From: Steroidobacteraceae bacterium
Lineage (GTDB): Bacteria > Pseudomonadota > Gammaproteobacteria > Steroidobacterales > Steroidobacteraceae
Length of the DNA: 64,000 nt
Reading direction: 5' to 3'
NCBI GenBank assembly: GCA_035710545.1
Contig: DASTDD010000214.1
Location: 895 to 64,894 of the forward strand
The translations under genes and the position numbers were made by a program. Below the pieces are notes generated by a model. That model was not told the DNA's origin. It did no database searches and worked only from the letters and a program-made list of their open reading frames with translations. Positions 1 to 9,325 of the stretch are shown here, one piece after another. Every line of letters begins with the position of its first letter. Positions within the stretch are counted from its first letter, which is position 1.

Positions 1-597
1 TCCCCAAAGGTTGGCGAAGCTTGCGGTCGGCCCGAGCGGGCCGACTCCGAACACGATCACCACCAGTCCCACGACGATCAGCGCCACGATCGTGATCACC
101 TTGAGCAGGGCAAACCAGAACTCCAGCTCGCCGTAGACGCGCACCGCCAGAGTGTTCGTCGCGTACAGCACCGTCAGTGCGCACAGCCCGGGGAGCCACT
201 GTGGGACCTGCGGAAGCCAGAACCGCACGTAGATCCCGATTGCGGTCAGCTCCGCCATGGCCGTGACGACCCACATGAACCAGTAGGACCAGCCGGTGAC
301 GAACCCCGCGAAGGGCCCCACGAACTCCTCCGCGTAGCTGGCGAAAGAGCCGGCCACGGGCCGATAGGTGAGCAGCTCCCCCAGGGCCCGCATGATGAAG
401 AAGATCGCGACTCCACCGATCGCGTAGTTCAGCAGCAGTCCCGGCCCGGCCTTGTGGATCGCGCCCGCCGAGCCCAGAAACAGTCCCACTCCAATCGTGC
501 CGCCGATCGCGATGAGCTGGATATGACGGCTCTGCAGGCTGCGCGCGAGGGATGCCTCGGTTGCTTTCAGGCCGGCCGTTGCGTCGGGCTTCGACAT
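1..597 (-). CDS. Amino acid permease (APC family), N-terminal part; the 3' end lies beyond the window start
   Basis: Hand translation from ATG at 597: MSKPDATAGLKATEASLARSLQSRHIQLIAIGGTIGVGLFLGSAGAIH...AGSFASYAEEF...WSYWF. This is the typical AroP/AnsP/CycA-type N-terminus. The frame stays open to position 1. Confidence 0.8.
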   Translation of the reverse strand, partial: MSKPDATAGLKATEASLARSLQSRHIQLIAIGGTIGVGLFLGSAGAIHKAGPGLLLNYAIGGVAIFFIMRALGELLTYRPVAGSFASYAEEFVGPFAGFVTGWSYWFMWVVTAMAELTAIGIYVRFWLPQVPQWLPGLCALTVLYATNTLAVRVYGELEFWFALLKVITIVALIVVGLVVIVFGVGPLGPTASFANLWG

Positions 598-633
598 CTC
601 TCTGACCTCCCCCGGTGTGTAGCAGCCCCGCGG

Positions 634-2427
634 TCACTCCATGTCCGGATACGGTCCCTTGCCCCCTTCAGCGATGAACCGATCGATCCGCGCGCTGAGA
701 ACCGGCAGCGGCACGGACCCGAGCTCGAGCACCGCATCGTGGAAGGCGCGGATGTTGAAATTCGGTCCGAGCGCGGCGCGGGCCTTGTCACGGGCCTGCA
801 CGATGGCACGCTCGCCGAGGTAGTAGGAGAGCGCCTGACCGGGCCAGGCGATGTAGCGGTCCACCTCAGTCTCGATCTCGTGCTGCGGCAGGGCCGTGTA
901 CTGCCGCAGGTAATCGATGGCGCGCTCGCGCGACCATCCCTGCGAGTGGATGCCGGTATCGACCACGAGGCGCGCCGCGCGCCAGATCTGGTAACCCAGC
1001 ATTCCGAAGCGCTCGTAGGGCGAGTCGTACATGTTCATTTCCACGCCCAGCAGCTCGCAGTACAGCGCCCAACCCTCGCCGTAGGCCGAGATGTAGGTGC
1101 GTCGCCGGAATGCGGGCTGGTTGGTGTGCTCGGCGGCGATCGGAATCTGGAACGCGTGACCTGGCGCCGACTCGTGCAGGGTGAGCGCGGTCAGGTTGTA
1201 CAGAGGACGAGAGGGCAGGTTGTACGTGTTGAGGAGGTACACACCGGGGCCGCCCCGGCCAGCGGTGTAGAAGGGCGCGAGATCCTCCGGTACCGGCTTG
1301 ATCGCGAAGCGTGCGCGTGGCAGGTAGCCGAAGAACTGGGAGGCCTTGCCGTCGAACCGCTTGGCGATCCACGCGGCATGCATGAGCAACTCGTCAGCGC
1401 CTTTGGCGTAGAACCGGGGGTCCGTCCGCAGGAACTGCAGGAACGCCGCGAAATCGCCCTGAAAGCCGGTTTCCTTCATGACGGCCAGCATCTCCCCATG
1501 CAGCCGCGCCACCTCCGCTTCGCCGAGCGCGTGGATCTGCGCGGGATCCATGTCGAGAGTGGTGAACTCGCGGATTTTCGCGCGGTAGTAGGCCGCCCCG
1601 TCGGGCAGGTCCTGCGCCGCGAGCGTCACGCGGCAGCCCGGCACGTACTCCGTGCGCATGAACTTCAGCAACACCCTGTACGCCGGCTGGACGATGTCGC
1701 GGATGGTCGCGACGGCCTGCGCACGCAAGCTCGCCTGATCGGCAGCCGAGATCTCGGGCATCTCCCTGAAGGGCGTGTAGAAGAGACTGGCCTCGGGTGT
1801 CACATCCGTTACCGCAGTGACCGAGGCGTCGCGGCCTTCCATCGTCACCCGCGGCGGTGTGAACCCCCGCTTCAGCCCCGCGCGCATCTGGTCCATCTGC
1901 TCCTGGAAATAGCGCGGCACATCGTGCAGCTGCCTGATCCAGTTCCGGTAGTCCTGCAGTGTCCTGAAAGGCCTGCGGGCCGTATACCCGAGGTTGGTCC
2001 AGAACGTCGTGTCTGAATTGGCGGGCATCTGGTATTCGCGGAAACGCTGATTCGCGACGAGCACTTCGATCTGGGGCCGATAAATGTCGTAGTTGACTTT
2101 CTCCCCTGCGGAGAGCTGTGCCCTCGGAATTTTGTCGAGCTTCGCCCGCACGTCCTCCCAGTAACGCAATCGCATGAGTTGCGAAGCCGGATCGACTCTC
2201 GGCAGATGATCCACCACCGGGCGCTGCGAGTCCTCACCGTCGGCGAGCTGCTCCTCGCGCCACTTCCACTCGGCCGTGTAGAGAGCTCTGAGCCGGGTGT
2301 CGGCCCCGTCTTGCCTGGAGGTGCAGGCGCCTAGGCCCGCGAGAGTGGCCATTGCAATCGCATGGGCCATCAGAGCGGCCAGGGTCGGGCGCGCAAAGCA
2401 GGCCCGTGCAACCCACGTTGTCGTCAT
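634..2427 (-). CDS. DUF885 family protein, predicted lipoprotein
   Basis: The 629-aa track ORF contains DUF885-like blocks (YTAEWKWREEQ, HESAPGHAFQ). I chose the internal start MTTTW (cat at 2425-2427) because it precedes the lipobox-like signal LAGLGAC. Confidence 0.8.
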   Translation of the reverse strand: MTTTWVARACFARPTLAALMAHAIAMATLAGLGACTSRQDGADTRLRALYTAEWKWREEQLADGEDSQRPVVDHLPRVDPASQLMRLRYWEDVRAKLDKIPRAQLSAGEKVNYDIYRPQIEVLVANQRFREYQMPANSDTTFWTNLGYTARRPFRTLQDYRNWIRQLHDVPRYFQEQMDQMRAGLKRGFTPPRVTMEGRDASVTAVTDVTPEASLFYTPFREMPEISAADQASLRAQAVATIRDIVQPAYRVLLKFMRTEYVPGCRVTLAAQDLPDGAAYYRAKIREFTTLDMDPAQIHALGEAEVARLHGEMLAVMKETGFQGDFAAFLQFLRTDPRFYAKGADELLMHAAWIAKRFDGKASQFFGYLPRARFAIKPVPEDLAPFYTAGRGGPGVYLLNTYNLPSRPLYNLTALTLHESAPGHAFQIPIAAEHTNQPAFRRRTYISAYGEGWALYCELLGVEMNMYDSPYERFGMLGYQIWRAARLVVDTGIHSQGWSRERAIDYLRQYTALPQHEIETEVDRYIAWPGQALSYYLGERAIVQARDKARAALGPNFNIRAFHDAVLELGSVPLPVLSARIDRFIAEGGKGPYPDME

Positions 2428-2440
2428 GCTGACGGTCCCT

Positions 2441-3160
2441 TCAGGGCTTCGCGGACAAGCCCAGCGCGCGACGCAGCTCCGCGGCAGTGAGAACCCTGGT
2501 GTAGACGGGCGTGCCAACGTCAAATTCGCGCGCGCGCGCCAGCGAGCCGACTACGACTGGCTCGAAGCCGGCATCTCGCACCAGTCGCTGCGCTACGGCG
2601 AGGGCTTCCTTGTCATCCCCCGCGAGCGGTATGGCTACCGGCTCGCCTGAGCGATGCGCCTCATTTGCCAGATCCGTGTAGTTGATTGCGTTGAACGCTC
2701 GCACCAGGCGCACGCCTGGCAGGAACCGGACCGAGGCGACGCCAGTGCCCTCTCGGCGCGCCTCGATCGCCATCTCACCGTCCCGACCGGGGTAGGGATT
2801 GCCCGTGTCCAGCACGATCTTTCCCGCCAGCTCGTGCGAAAGATCCCGGCCCAGCTGGGGCAGAGCCCCGTAGGGCACGGAAATCAACACGACCGCGCCG
2901 AAGGTCGCGGCTTCCCGCGGCGTGCCGACGCGCGCCTTCGGACCGAGCGAGGCAGCCAGCCCTCTGAGCTCTTCGGGATGCCGCGAGGACAGCAGGACTT
3001 CGTGGCCGGCTTTCACCCAAAGTCTGGCAAGGTTGCCACCGATGTGGCCGGCTCCGATGATCCCGATCCGCAGCGGCCCGGCTTCCGGCGCCGGTGCCGC
3101 GCCAGCCGTCGCCGACAGAGTGACCACACTCAGGGCGGCCAGCAGCCATGCGGCCCGCAT
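2441..3160 (-). CDS. NADP oxidoreductase, F420-dependent/ProC-like Rossmann protein with a hydrophobic N-terminus
   Basis: IGIIGAGHIGGNLARLWVKAGHEVLLSSR Rossmann motif. Start set at MRAAWLLAALSV (cat at 3158-3160). Confidence 0.7.
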   Translation of the reverse strand: MRAAWLLAALSVVTLSATAGAAPAPEAGPLRIGIIGAGHIGGNLARLWVKAGHEVLLSSRHPEELRGLAASLGPKARVGTPREAATFGAVVLISVPYGALPQLGRDLSHELAGKIVLDTGNPYPGRDGEMAIEARREGTGVASVRFLPGVRLVRAFNAINYTDLANEAHRSGEPVAIPLAGDDKEALAVAQRLVRDAGFEPVVVGSLARAREFDVGTPVYTRVLTAAELRRALGLSAKP

Positions 3161-3294
3161 CCCCGAGCACCGGGCCCACACCGCGGCGGGCGCGTGCCTG
3201 GGCTGGTCCGGCCCCGGGTCATTTCCCTCCCTGTTCAGCGTGCGCATCATCCGGCCTCTCCACCTGTCCACCTGCAGGGGCCCGGATTATAGCC

Positions 3295-4245
3295 TCACGC
3301 GCGCAGTGTCCTGCGAAAGCTCCCCTCGCCTGCGCTGGCGGCCTTACCCAATTGCTGGTTGAGTGCGACGCCACCCAGGATCAAAGCACCCGCCACCGCC
3401 ATGTTGGCCGTGACCGGCTCACCCAGGACGAGCCACGCCCACAGTACTCCGAAGAGAGGTATCAGGTAGGTCACGGTCGCGGCGCGCGGCGCTCCGATGC
3501 GATGAATCAGCCGGTAGTACAGAACGAACGCGAAGCCTGTGCACAGCACTCCCAGCAGCACGGCGCTGAGCCAGGATCCAGCCGGTATTGGCGCCTGGGG
3601 CCACGTGGCGGCGGCGAAGGGTGCGGTGAGTATGGCCGAGCACAGCAGGGTCGCGGCGGCGACCGCGCCAGCGGGCAGGCCGACGAGTTGGCGTCGTACG
3701 AGATTCGCGCCGATGCCGTAGAGGAGTGCCGCGCCGGTGCCCGCCAGCGCCGCGGGCCATACGCTCACGCCCCCCATCTTGCCGCTGGCCAGCACGATCA
3801 CGCCGACAAAGCCGGCCACGAGTCCCGCAGCGCGGCGTCCGCTGATGAGCTCGCCGTAGAAGACCAGCGCCACCAGCGCAGTGAACATCACCGTAGTTGC
3901 GTTGGCGATCGCGCCCACTCCTGCCGGGGCGCCTTCAGCAGCCCAGGCAAACAGGACGAACGGTATCGCTGAATTGACGGCGGCGATGCCGGCCAGCTTC
4001 AGCCACTGGTGAGCCGAGATCCTCCCCCAGGTGCGCCACAGCTGTGGCAGCAGCACGAGCGCGCCCAGGCCCAGGCGCATCTCGACGAGCGCGAATGCGC
4101 CGAAATGCCCGGCGGCCACGCGCATGAACAGGAAGGAGGCCCCCCAGATTGCCCCGAGGAGCAGCAGCTCGAGCGCCGTCAGCCAGGCAGGGCCCGGCCT
4201 CTCGGGAGGCGCCTGGGCGCCCGCGGCAGTATCGGCATCGGACAT
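3295..4245 (-). CDS. DMT superfamily (EamA-like) transporter
   Basis: About 10 hydrophobic segments with a duplicated EamA-like pattern. Start at MSDADTA (cat at 4243-4245). Divergent from a LysR gene. Confidence 0.8.
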   Translation of the reverse strand: MSDADTAAGAQAPPERPGPAWLTALELLLLGAIWGASFLFMRVAAGHFGAFALVEMRLGLGALVLLPQLWRTWGRISAHQWLKLAGIAAVNSAIPFVLFAWAAEGAPAGVGAIANATTVMFTALVALVFYGELISGRRAAGLVAGFVGVIVLASGKMGGVSVWPAALAGTGAALLYGIGANLVRRQLVGLPAGAVAAATLLCSAILTAPFAAATWPQAPIPAGSWLSAVLLGVLCTGFAFVLYYRLIHRIGAPRAATVTYLIPLFGVLWAWLVLGEPVTANMAVAGALILGGVALNQQLGKAASAGEGSFRRTLRA

Positions 4246-4353
4246 GGGTCTGGTTTGTCGATTGCGCAAATCTACGCTGATTGTGCCTGTTGCGCCGGGT
4301 TGAGCAAGATCGTACTGTTCCTGTCAGCCACAAATCTGATTTGTGTCTCAACC

Positions 4354-5286
4354 ATGAGCTTGCGCCCGGCCTCCCTGCCCGCCTTCGGCGTTTTCGCTTC
4401 CGCCGCCCGGCACCAGAATTTCGCTCACGCGGCCGAGGAGCTCGGCCTCACCGCCAGCGCCGTGAGTCACCACGTCCGCAGCCTCGAGGCGGCACTTGGA
4501 GTGAGGCTTTTCCAGCGCCATGCGCGTGGCGTTGCGCTGACGGTGGAAGGGCGCTCGCTGGCGGATGCTGCCACCGCCGCACTCTCGGACATCGATGCCG
4601 TGGCGAGCACCCTGAACTCGGTTGCAAAGAATGTCGCACGCGTACGCGTGGCCGCGCTGCATTCGCTGACCTACTGCTGGCTGCTGCCTCGATTGAAGAG
4701 TTTCGTCGCGGCTCACCCGCGAATCCGCCTGAGCGTGGAGACTGGCACGGCAATCACTCGCTTCGACGACACGGGGCCGGATCTGGCGATCCGCCATGGC
4801 GCCGGCTTCTGGCCAGGCCTGACGGCTCATTACCTCATGGACGAGCAGCTCTTCCCGGCTGCCTCACCCGCCCTGCCCGGTCTCGAGCGGGTCCATGGCC
4901 CGACACAGATTGCCGGCCTGCCACTGATCACGGATCTCGCGTTCCAGGGCTGGCGTGACTGGTTTCGCGCGGCCGGAATCCGTGGCTTGAGATTGCCGGA
5001 GATGCACAGCTTCACCGATTCGACGGATGTCATGCAGGCGGCGGTGTGCGAACTCGGTGCCATCCTCGCCCGCTCGCGCATCGTGGAGCCTTTCCTGCGC
5101 GACGGGCGGCTGGTGCGCCTGCCCGGGCCCGCACTCACGGCGCGCTTTGGTTACTACGCCGTCCACCCCGCTCACCGGCGCCTGACCGCGGCGGCGGGCA
5201 GTCTCCTCGAGTGGCTGCGTCACGAAGGGGCGCGTCAGTCGTACGAGCCGCCCGTATTCGTCCCGTTGGTTCGTGAGCCCCTGTAG
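4354..5286 (+). CDS. LysR family transcriptional regulator
   Basis: N-terminal wHTH: LPAFGVFASAARHQNFAHAAEELGLTASAVSHHVRSLEAALGVRLFQRH. ATG at 4354. Divergent to the EamA gene. Confidence 0.85.
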   Translation: MSLRPASLPAFGVFASAARHQNFAHAAEELGLTASAVSHHVRSLEAALGVRLFQRHARGVALTVEGRSLADAATAALSDIDAVASTLNSVAKNVARVRVAALHSLTYCWLLPRLKSFVAAHPRIRLSVETGTAITRFDDTGPDLAIRHGAGFWPGLTAHYLMDEQLFPAASPALPGLERVHGPTQIAGLPLITDLAFQGWRDWFRAAGIRGLRLPEMHSFTDSTDVMQAAVCELGAILARSRIVEPFLRDGRLVRLPGPALTARFGYYAVHPAHRRLTAAAGSLLEWLRHEGARQSYEPPVFVPLVREPL

Positions 5287-5299
5287 ATGATCCGGGCCG

Positions 5300-5845
5300 T
5301 CAGCGGTGGTGATGCATGAGCGACTCGACAGCGTCAAAGAGTGCGCGGATCCCGAACGACACATCCTGGATGCGCCCGTTGACGAAGATCGCCGGAGTTC
5401 CGCGTACACCGCTGCGGTGAGCGCCGTCCATGTGCTCACGGATTCTCTGCAGATACACGTGATCGTGCATCTCTGCCGAATAACGGGCCATGTCGAGCCG
5501 CAGCCGCTCGGCGTAACCTTGCAGGCTGGACAGCTTGAGGTGCTCCTGGTTGGCAAACAGCAGGTCGTGCATCTCCCAGAATCTGCCCTGCCCGGCGGCG
5601 CACTCGGCTGCTTCGGCCGCACCGAGCGCGTGCGGATGCACCTCCTCGAGCGGGAAATGACGGAAGATGAGCCGCAGGCGACCGGCGAACCGTTCCAGCA
5701 GCAGCTTCAGGGCGGGGGCGGCCTGCTTGCAGTTGGGACATTCGAAGTCTCCGTACTCCACCACTGTCACGGGCGCATGGTCGGCGCCGAGTGCGTGGTC
5801 AGCGGCCTGTGGCGGGACGTCGAGATCGAACACTCTGTGGCTCAC
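5300..5845 (-). CDS. DsbA/thioredoxin-fold protein (CPNC active site), no signal peptide
   Basis: VVEYGDFECPNCKQA CxxC motif and a C-terminal GTPAIFVNG block, as in the Thioredoxin_4/DsbA family. Confidence 0.7.
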   Translation of the reverse strand: MSHRVFDLDVPPQAADHALGADHAPVTVVEYGDFECPNCKQAAPALKLLLERFAGRLRLIFRHFPLEEVHPHALGAAEAAECAAGQGRFWEMHDLLFANQEHLKLSSLQGYAERLRLDMARYSAEMHDHVYLQRIREHMDGAHRSGVRGTPAIFVNGRIQDVSFGIRALFDAVESLMHHHR

Positions 5846-5882
5846 GTTGGATGCCTCCGGGCGCGGCGAGCGCTGCGCCCAC

Positions 5883-6752
5883 TCAGGTCGCTGGCAGGGG
5901 AATGAACTCGGAATTATCCAGATCGGGCAGCTTCATGCGCCCCGCCCGCCAGTCGGCCTTCGCCTGCTCGATGCGCTCCTGCGAAGAGGAGACGAAGTTC
6001 CACTCGATGAAGCGCTGCCCGATCGGCTCCCCGCCCAGGATCATGACGATCGCGGGACTCGCGGCAGTGAGGCTCGCCCCGGCATGCTCCGCGGAGAAGA
6101 CCAGCATCTGCCCGGCGTTGAAGCGGCGGCGCTCGACTTCCACCACTCCGCTGGCAAGGTAGGCGGCGCGTTCGCTGTATTCGGGCGGCAGCTGCAAGCG
6201 CGCGCCTTCCTTTATCGTGCAGTGCGCGTAGAAGAGGGGCGAGTGTGTCTTGACCGGCGAGCCCACACCGTAGGCGCGCCCGGCGATCAGGCGCATCCAG
6301 ACACCGCCTGCTTCCAGCACGGGCAACCGCTCGCGCGAGTGATGCCAGAAGGCCGGCTCGGTTTCCTCTTCCCGGTCCGGCAGGGCCACCCAGGACTGAA
6401 TGCCGTGCAGCGCACCGCCCTGCTTGCGGATCTTCTCGAAGCGCTCCGAGTGCGTGATGCCTCGCCCGGCGGTCATCCAATTGACCTCGCCGGCGTGGAT
6501 CGGCTGCTCCGAGCCCACGCTGTCCCGGTGCATGATCTCGCCTTCGAAGAGGTATGTCACAGTGGACAGGCCGATGTGTGGATGCGGGCGGACATCGGCG
6601 TTGGCCGGCAATCCGGGGGCGAAATCGGCGGGCCCGATGTGATCGAAGAAGATGAAGGGGCCAATCATGCGGCGGCTCGCGAAGGGCAGGACACGACCCA
6701 CTTCGAAGCCGCCCAGATCGCGGCGGCGCTGATCGATGACGAGCTCGAGCAT
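5883..6752 (-). CDS. Pirin family protein
   Basis: FFDHIGPA...RPHPHIGLSTVTYLFEGEIMHRDSVG...NWMTAGRGITHSER are the characteristic pirin cupin motifs. Confidence 0.85.
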   Translation of the reverse strand: MLELVIDQRRRDLGGFEVGRVLPFASRRMIGPFIFFDHIGPADFAPGLPANADVRPHPHIGLSTVTYLFEGEIMHRDSVGSEQPIHAGEVNWMTAGRGITHSERFEKIRKQGGALHGIQSWVALPDREEETEPAFWHHSRERLPVLEAGGVWMRLIAGRAYGVGSPVKTHSPLFYAHCTIKEGARLQLPPEYSERAAYLASGVVEVERRRFNAGQMLVFSAEHAGASLTAASPAIVMILGGEPIGQRFIEWNFVSSSQERIEQAKADWRAGRMKLPDLDNSEFIPLPAT

Positions 6753-6826
6753 GGTATCGGGAGGCGCAGCTTTCCCCAGGGAGGATGATCGAGCTTTTCA
6801 CCGAACCTGGCAAATGAGCCCGTTCG

Positions 6827-7291
6827 CTACAATCCCAGTTGGCTCAGTCCGGGGTGGTCCGCGGGTCTCGGACCGAGGGGCCAGTGGTACTTGCGATCTG
6901 CGGCAGCGATCGGCAGATCATTGATGCTGGCGATCCGAACGCGCATCAGGCCCTCCGCGTCGAATTCCCAGTTTTCATTGCCGTAGGAGCGGAAGTGTTG
7001 ACCGCTGTCGTCATGCCACTCGTAGGCGAAGCGTACTGCGATCCGGTTGCCGTTGAATGTCCAGAGCTCCTTGATGAGACGGTAGTCCAGCTCGCGTGCC
7101 CACTTGCGCGTCAGAAAGGCCACGATCTCGGCCCGGCCGTGGATGAACTCGGCCCGATTACGCCACCGGCTGTCCTCGCTGTAGGCAAGCGAGACCGCTT
7201 TTGGATCACGGCGATTCCAGGCATCCTCGGCCATCCGAACTTTCTGGGTGGCCGTCTCCGCATCGAACGGGGGAAGCGGCGGGCGTGGCAT
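6827..7291 (-). CDS. DUF1348 (NTF2-like) family protein
   Basis: [26 protein letters not shown]...[10 protein letters not shown]...[11 protein letters not shown]...YGNENWEF. Start at MPRPP (cat at 7289-7291). Confidence 0.75.
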   Translation of the reverse strand: MPRPPLPPFDAETATQKVRMAEDAWNRRDPKAVSLAYSEDSRWRNRAEFIHGRAEIVAFLTRKWARELDYRLIKELWTFNGNRIAVRFAYEWHDDSGQHFRSYGNENWEFDAEGLMRVRIASINDLPIAAADRKYHWPLGPRPADHPGLSQLGL

Positions 7292-7440
7292 GGGGTCCTC
7301 CGTAATTGCGATGTCAGTACCGCGCGGCGCAGGCGCGGCGGGTGCTCGAGCGATCGGGTATTCGCGCAATATACACTTGGTGCGGACGGCCCGTCCGCGC
7401 AGGCAAGCTTGCGCTTCAGTTCTGCAAGGTGCACTCGGCA

Positions 7441-8706
7441 ATGAAGCTCCCCACGGGCGGGCACATCGTCATCGGCGTCCTGGCACTCGTGGCTCTCGTG
7501 CTCGGGATATGTTTCCTCCTCGCATGGCGCGATGCGTTGCCCGCGATCGAGCCGCCGGGAGCGGGTGACTTCGCCGCGGACACGATCGCACGCGGTGCAC
7601 AGCTCGCCGCCCTGGGCGGGTGTGCGCCCTGCCACACGGCGCCAGGCGGCGCGAGCTTCGCGGGCGGACGCGCCATCGACACACCCTTCGGCAGAATCTT
7701 TTCGACCAACATCACGCCGGATCCGCACAGCGGCATCGGCCGCTGGTCCGAAGCCGCCTTCCGGCGTGCGATGCGCGAGGGAGTCGACCGCGAGGGACGT
7801 CAGCTCTATCCAGCCTTTCCCTACGATCATTTCACGCTCGTGAGCGATACGGACGACGCCGCTCTCTACGCCTACTTGATGACACGTCGCCCGGTCCGGG
7901 CCGAGGCCCGGCAGAACCAACTCGGTTTTCCCCTGAGGATTCGCTGGATACTGGCAGCCTGGAAGTTGCGGTACTTTCACCCAGGGCCCTACCAACCTGA
8001 CACCGCTCACGATGAGCTCTGGAACCGCGGCGCGTACCTCGTGAACGGACTGGCACACTGCGGCGCGTGTCACACGCCGCGCAACCGGTTCGGCGCCGAG
8101 AACCCGGCCCAGCGATTTGCAGGCACCGAGGCCGAGGACTGGTATGCCTACGCCATCAACTCAGCCTCGCAGGCGCGAGTGCCCTGGGACGCCGACTCTC
8201 TGAGCCTCTTCCTGCGCAACGGCTGGCATGATCGTCACGGTATTGCGCAGGGTCCGATGGCCCGCGTGACCGATGACCTGGCGCGGGTGCCGGATTCCGA
8301 CTGCCGCGCGATCGCCGTCTACGTGGCGTGGCTGATGAGTGAATCCACCGCGGCCGGCGCGCCCAAGGCCGCCCCGCCGAACAGTCGCGATGGCCAGGCC
8401 ATTTATGCGGCAGCCTGCGCAGACTGTCATGATGGAGCGAGGCCCTTGCCCATCGGCGGCGTCCGGCTGGAGCTCAGCACCGCGGTCAGCGGCGAGAGCG
8501 CGATCAATCTGATCAACGTCGTGCTCGATGGAGTGCGTCCTCCCGAGGGAGCCGCCGGTCCCATCATGCCGGGCTTCGCCAGCACACTCTCGGACACACA
8601 GCTCGACTCGCTGGTGACCTACCTGCGTGGGCATTTCGCGGGCAAGCCGCCCTGGCCGGCGTTCATCGAGCACGTGCGCGAGGCACGAAGGCGCTCGCAT
8701 GATTGA
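7441..8706 (+). CDS. Tri-haem cytochrome c subunit of a membrane-associated dehydrogenase
   Basis: Three CxxCH motifs (CAPCH, CGACH, CADCH) and an N-terminal TM anchor. The stop overlaps the next start (ATGATTGA at 8699-8706). Confidence 0.85.
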   Translation: MKLPTGGHIVIGVLALVALVLGICFLLAWRDALPAIEPPGAGDFAADTIARGAQLAALGGCAPCHTAPGGASFAGGRAIDTPFGRIFSTNITPDPHSGIGRWSEAAFRRAMREGVDREGRQLYPAFPYDHFTLVSDTDDAALYAYLMTRRPVRAEARQNQLGFPLRIRWILAAWKLRYFHPGPYQPDTAHDELWNRGAYLVNGLAHCGACHTPRNRFGAENPAQRFAGTEAEDWYAYAINSASQARVPWDADSLSLFLRNGWHDRHGIAQGPMARVTDDLARVPDSDCRAIAVYVAWLMSESTAAGAPKAAPPNSRDGQAIYAAACADCHDGARPLPIGGVRLELSTAVSGESAINLINVVLDGVRPPEGAAGPIMPGFASTLSDTQLDSLVTYLRGHFAGKPPWPAFIEHVREARRRSHD

Positions 8707-9325
8707 GCTGACGGTGAACGGACAGACCCATCGCATCGATGCGGATCCGGAAACGCCGCTGCTGTACGTGCTGCGCGAAGACCTGCAGCTGAATGCCGCG
8801 AAGTTCGGCTGTGGCCTGGGCCAGTGCGGAGCATGCACGGTGCTCGTGGATGGCGAGGCAGCCCTCGCGTGCGTGACCCCGATCCTGGTTCTACCCGGGC
8901 GACAGGTCACGACGCTGGAAGGTCTGGGCGGCGCGGAAGATCCAGCGCCGATCCAGCGGGCCTTCATCGAGGAGCAGGCTGCCCAGTGCGGCTTCTGCAT
9001 CGCCGGCATGATCATGCGTGCGCAGGCACTCCTGCAGAGCAATCCACGCGCGAGCGACGCCGACATCCGTGCGCAGCTCGAACCCAACCTGTGTCGTTGT
9101 GGCACGCACATGCGGATTCTCCGCGCCGTGCGCCGTGCTGCCGCGTTACTGCAGGGGTCAGGCGCGGCCGCATTCCATTCGCCGAGTGCGAAGTCGGCAC
9201 CCGGCGGCTCCGAAGCCGCGGGTCGAAATGGATCAGGAGGCACCGAGGGCTCGGAAGACCTGCGACGCCCCGGCGAGCGGGACCTGTCGCGCCATCCCCA
9301 GCAGCGCGAGCGGCCCGAACGATGA
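8699..9325 (+). CDS. (2Fe-2S)-binding small subunit of a xanthine dehydrogenase/aldehyde oxidase family enzyme
   Basis: [48 protein letters not shown]...CGFCIAGMIM...CRCGTH. The stop overlaps the next ATG (ATGA at 9322-9325). Confidence 0.9.
   Translation: MIELTVNGQTHRIDADPETPLLYVLREDLQLNAAKFGCGLGQCGACTVLVDGEAALACVTPILVLPGRQVTTLEGLGGAEDPAPIQRAFIEEQAAQCGFCIAGMIMRAQALLQSNPRASDADIRAQLEPNLCRCGTHMRILRAVRRAAALLQGSGAAAFHSPSAKSAPGGSEAAGRNGSGGTEGSEDLRRPGERDLSRHPQQRERPER

Noticed and set aside
454-2016. 520-aa plus-strand ORF covering most of the DUF885 gene on the opposite strand
   Set aside because: The translation is Arg/Gly/Ala/Pro/His-rich with no recognisable motifs, and it is the mirror frame of a well-supported gene. 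Long stop-free antisense frames are expected at this GC content.
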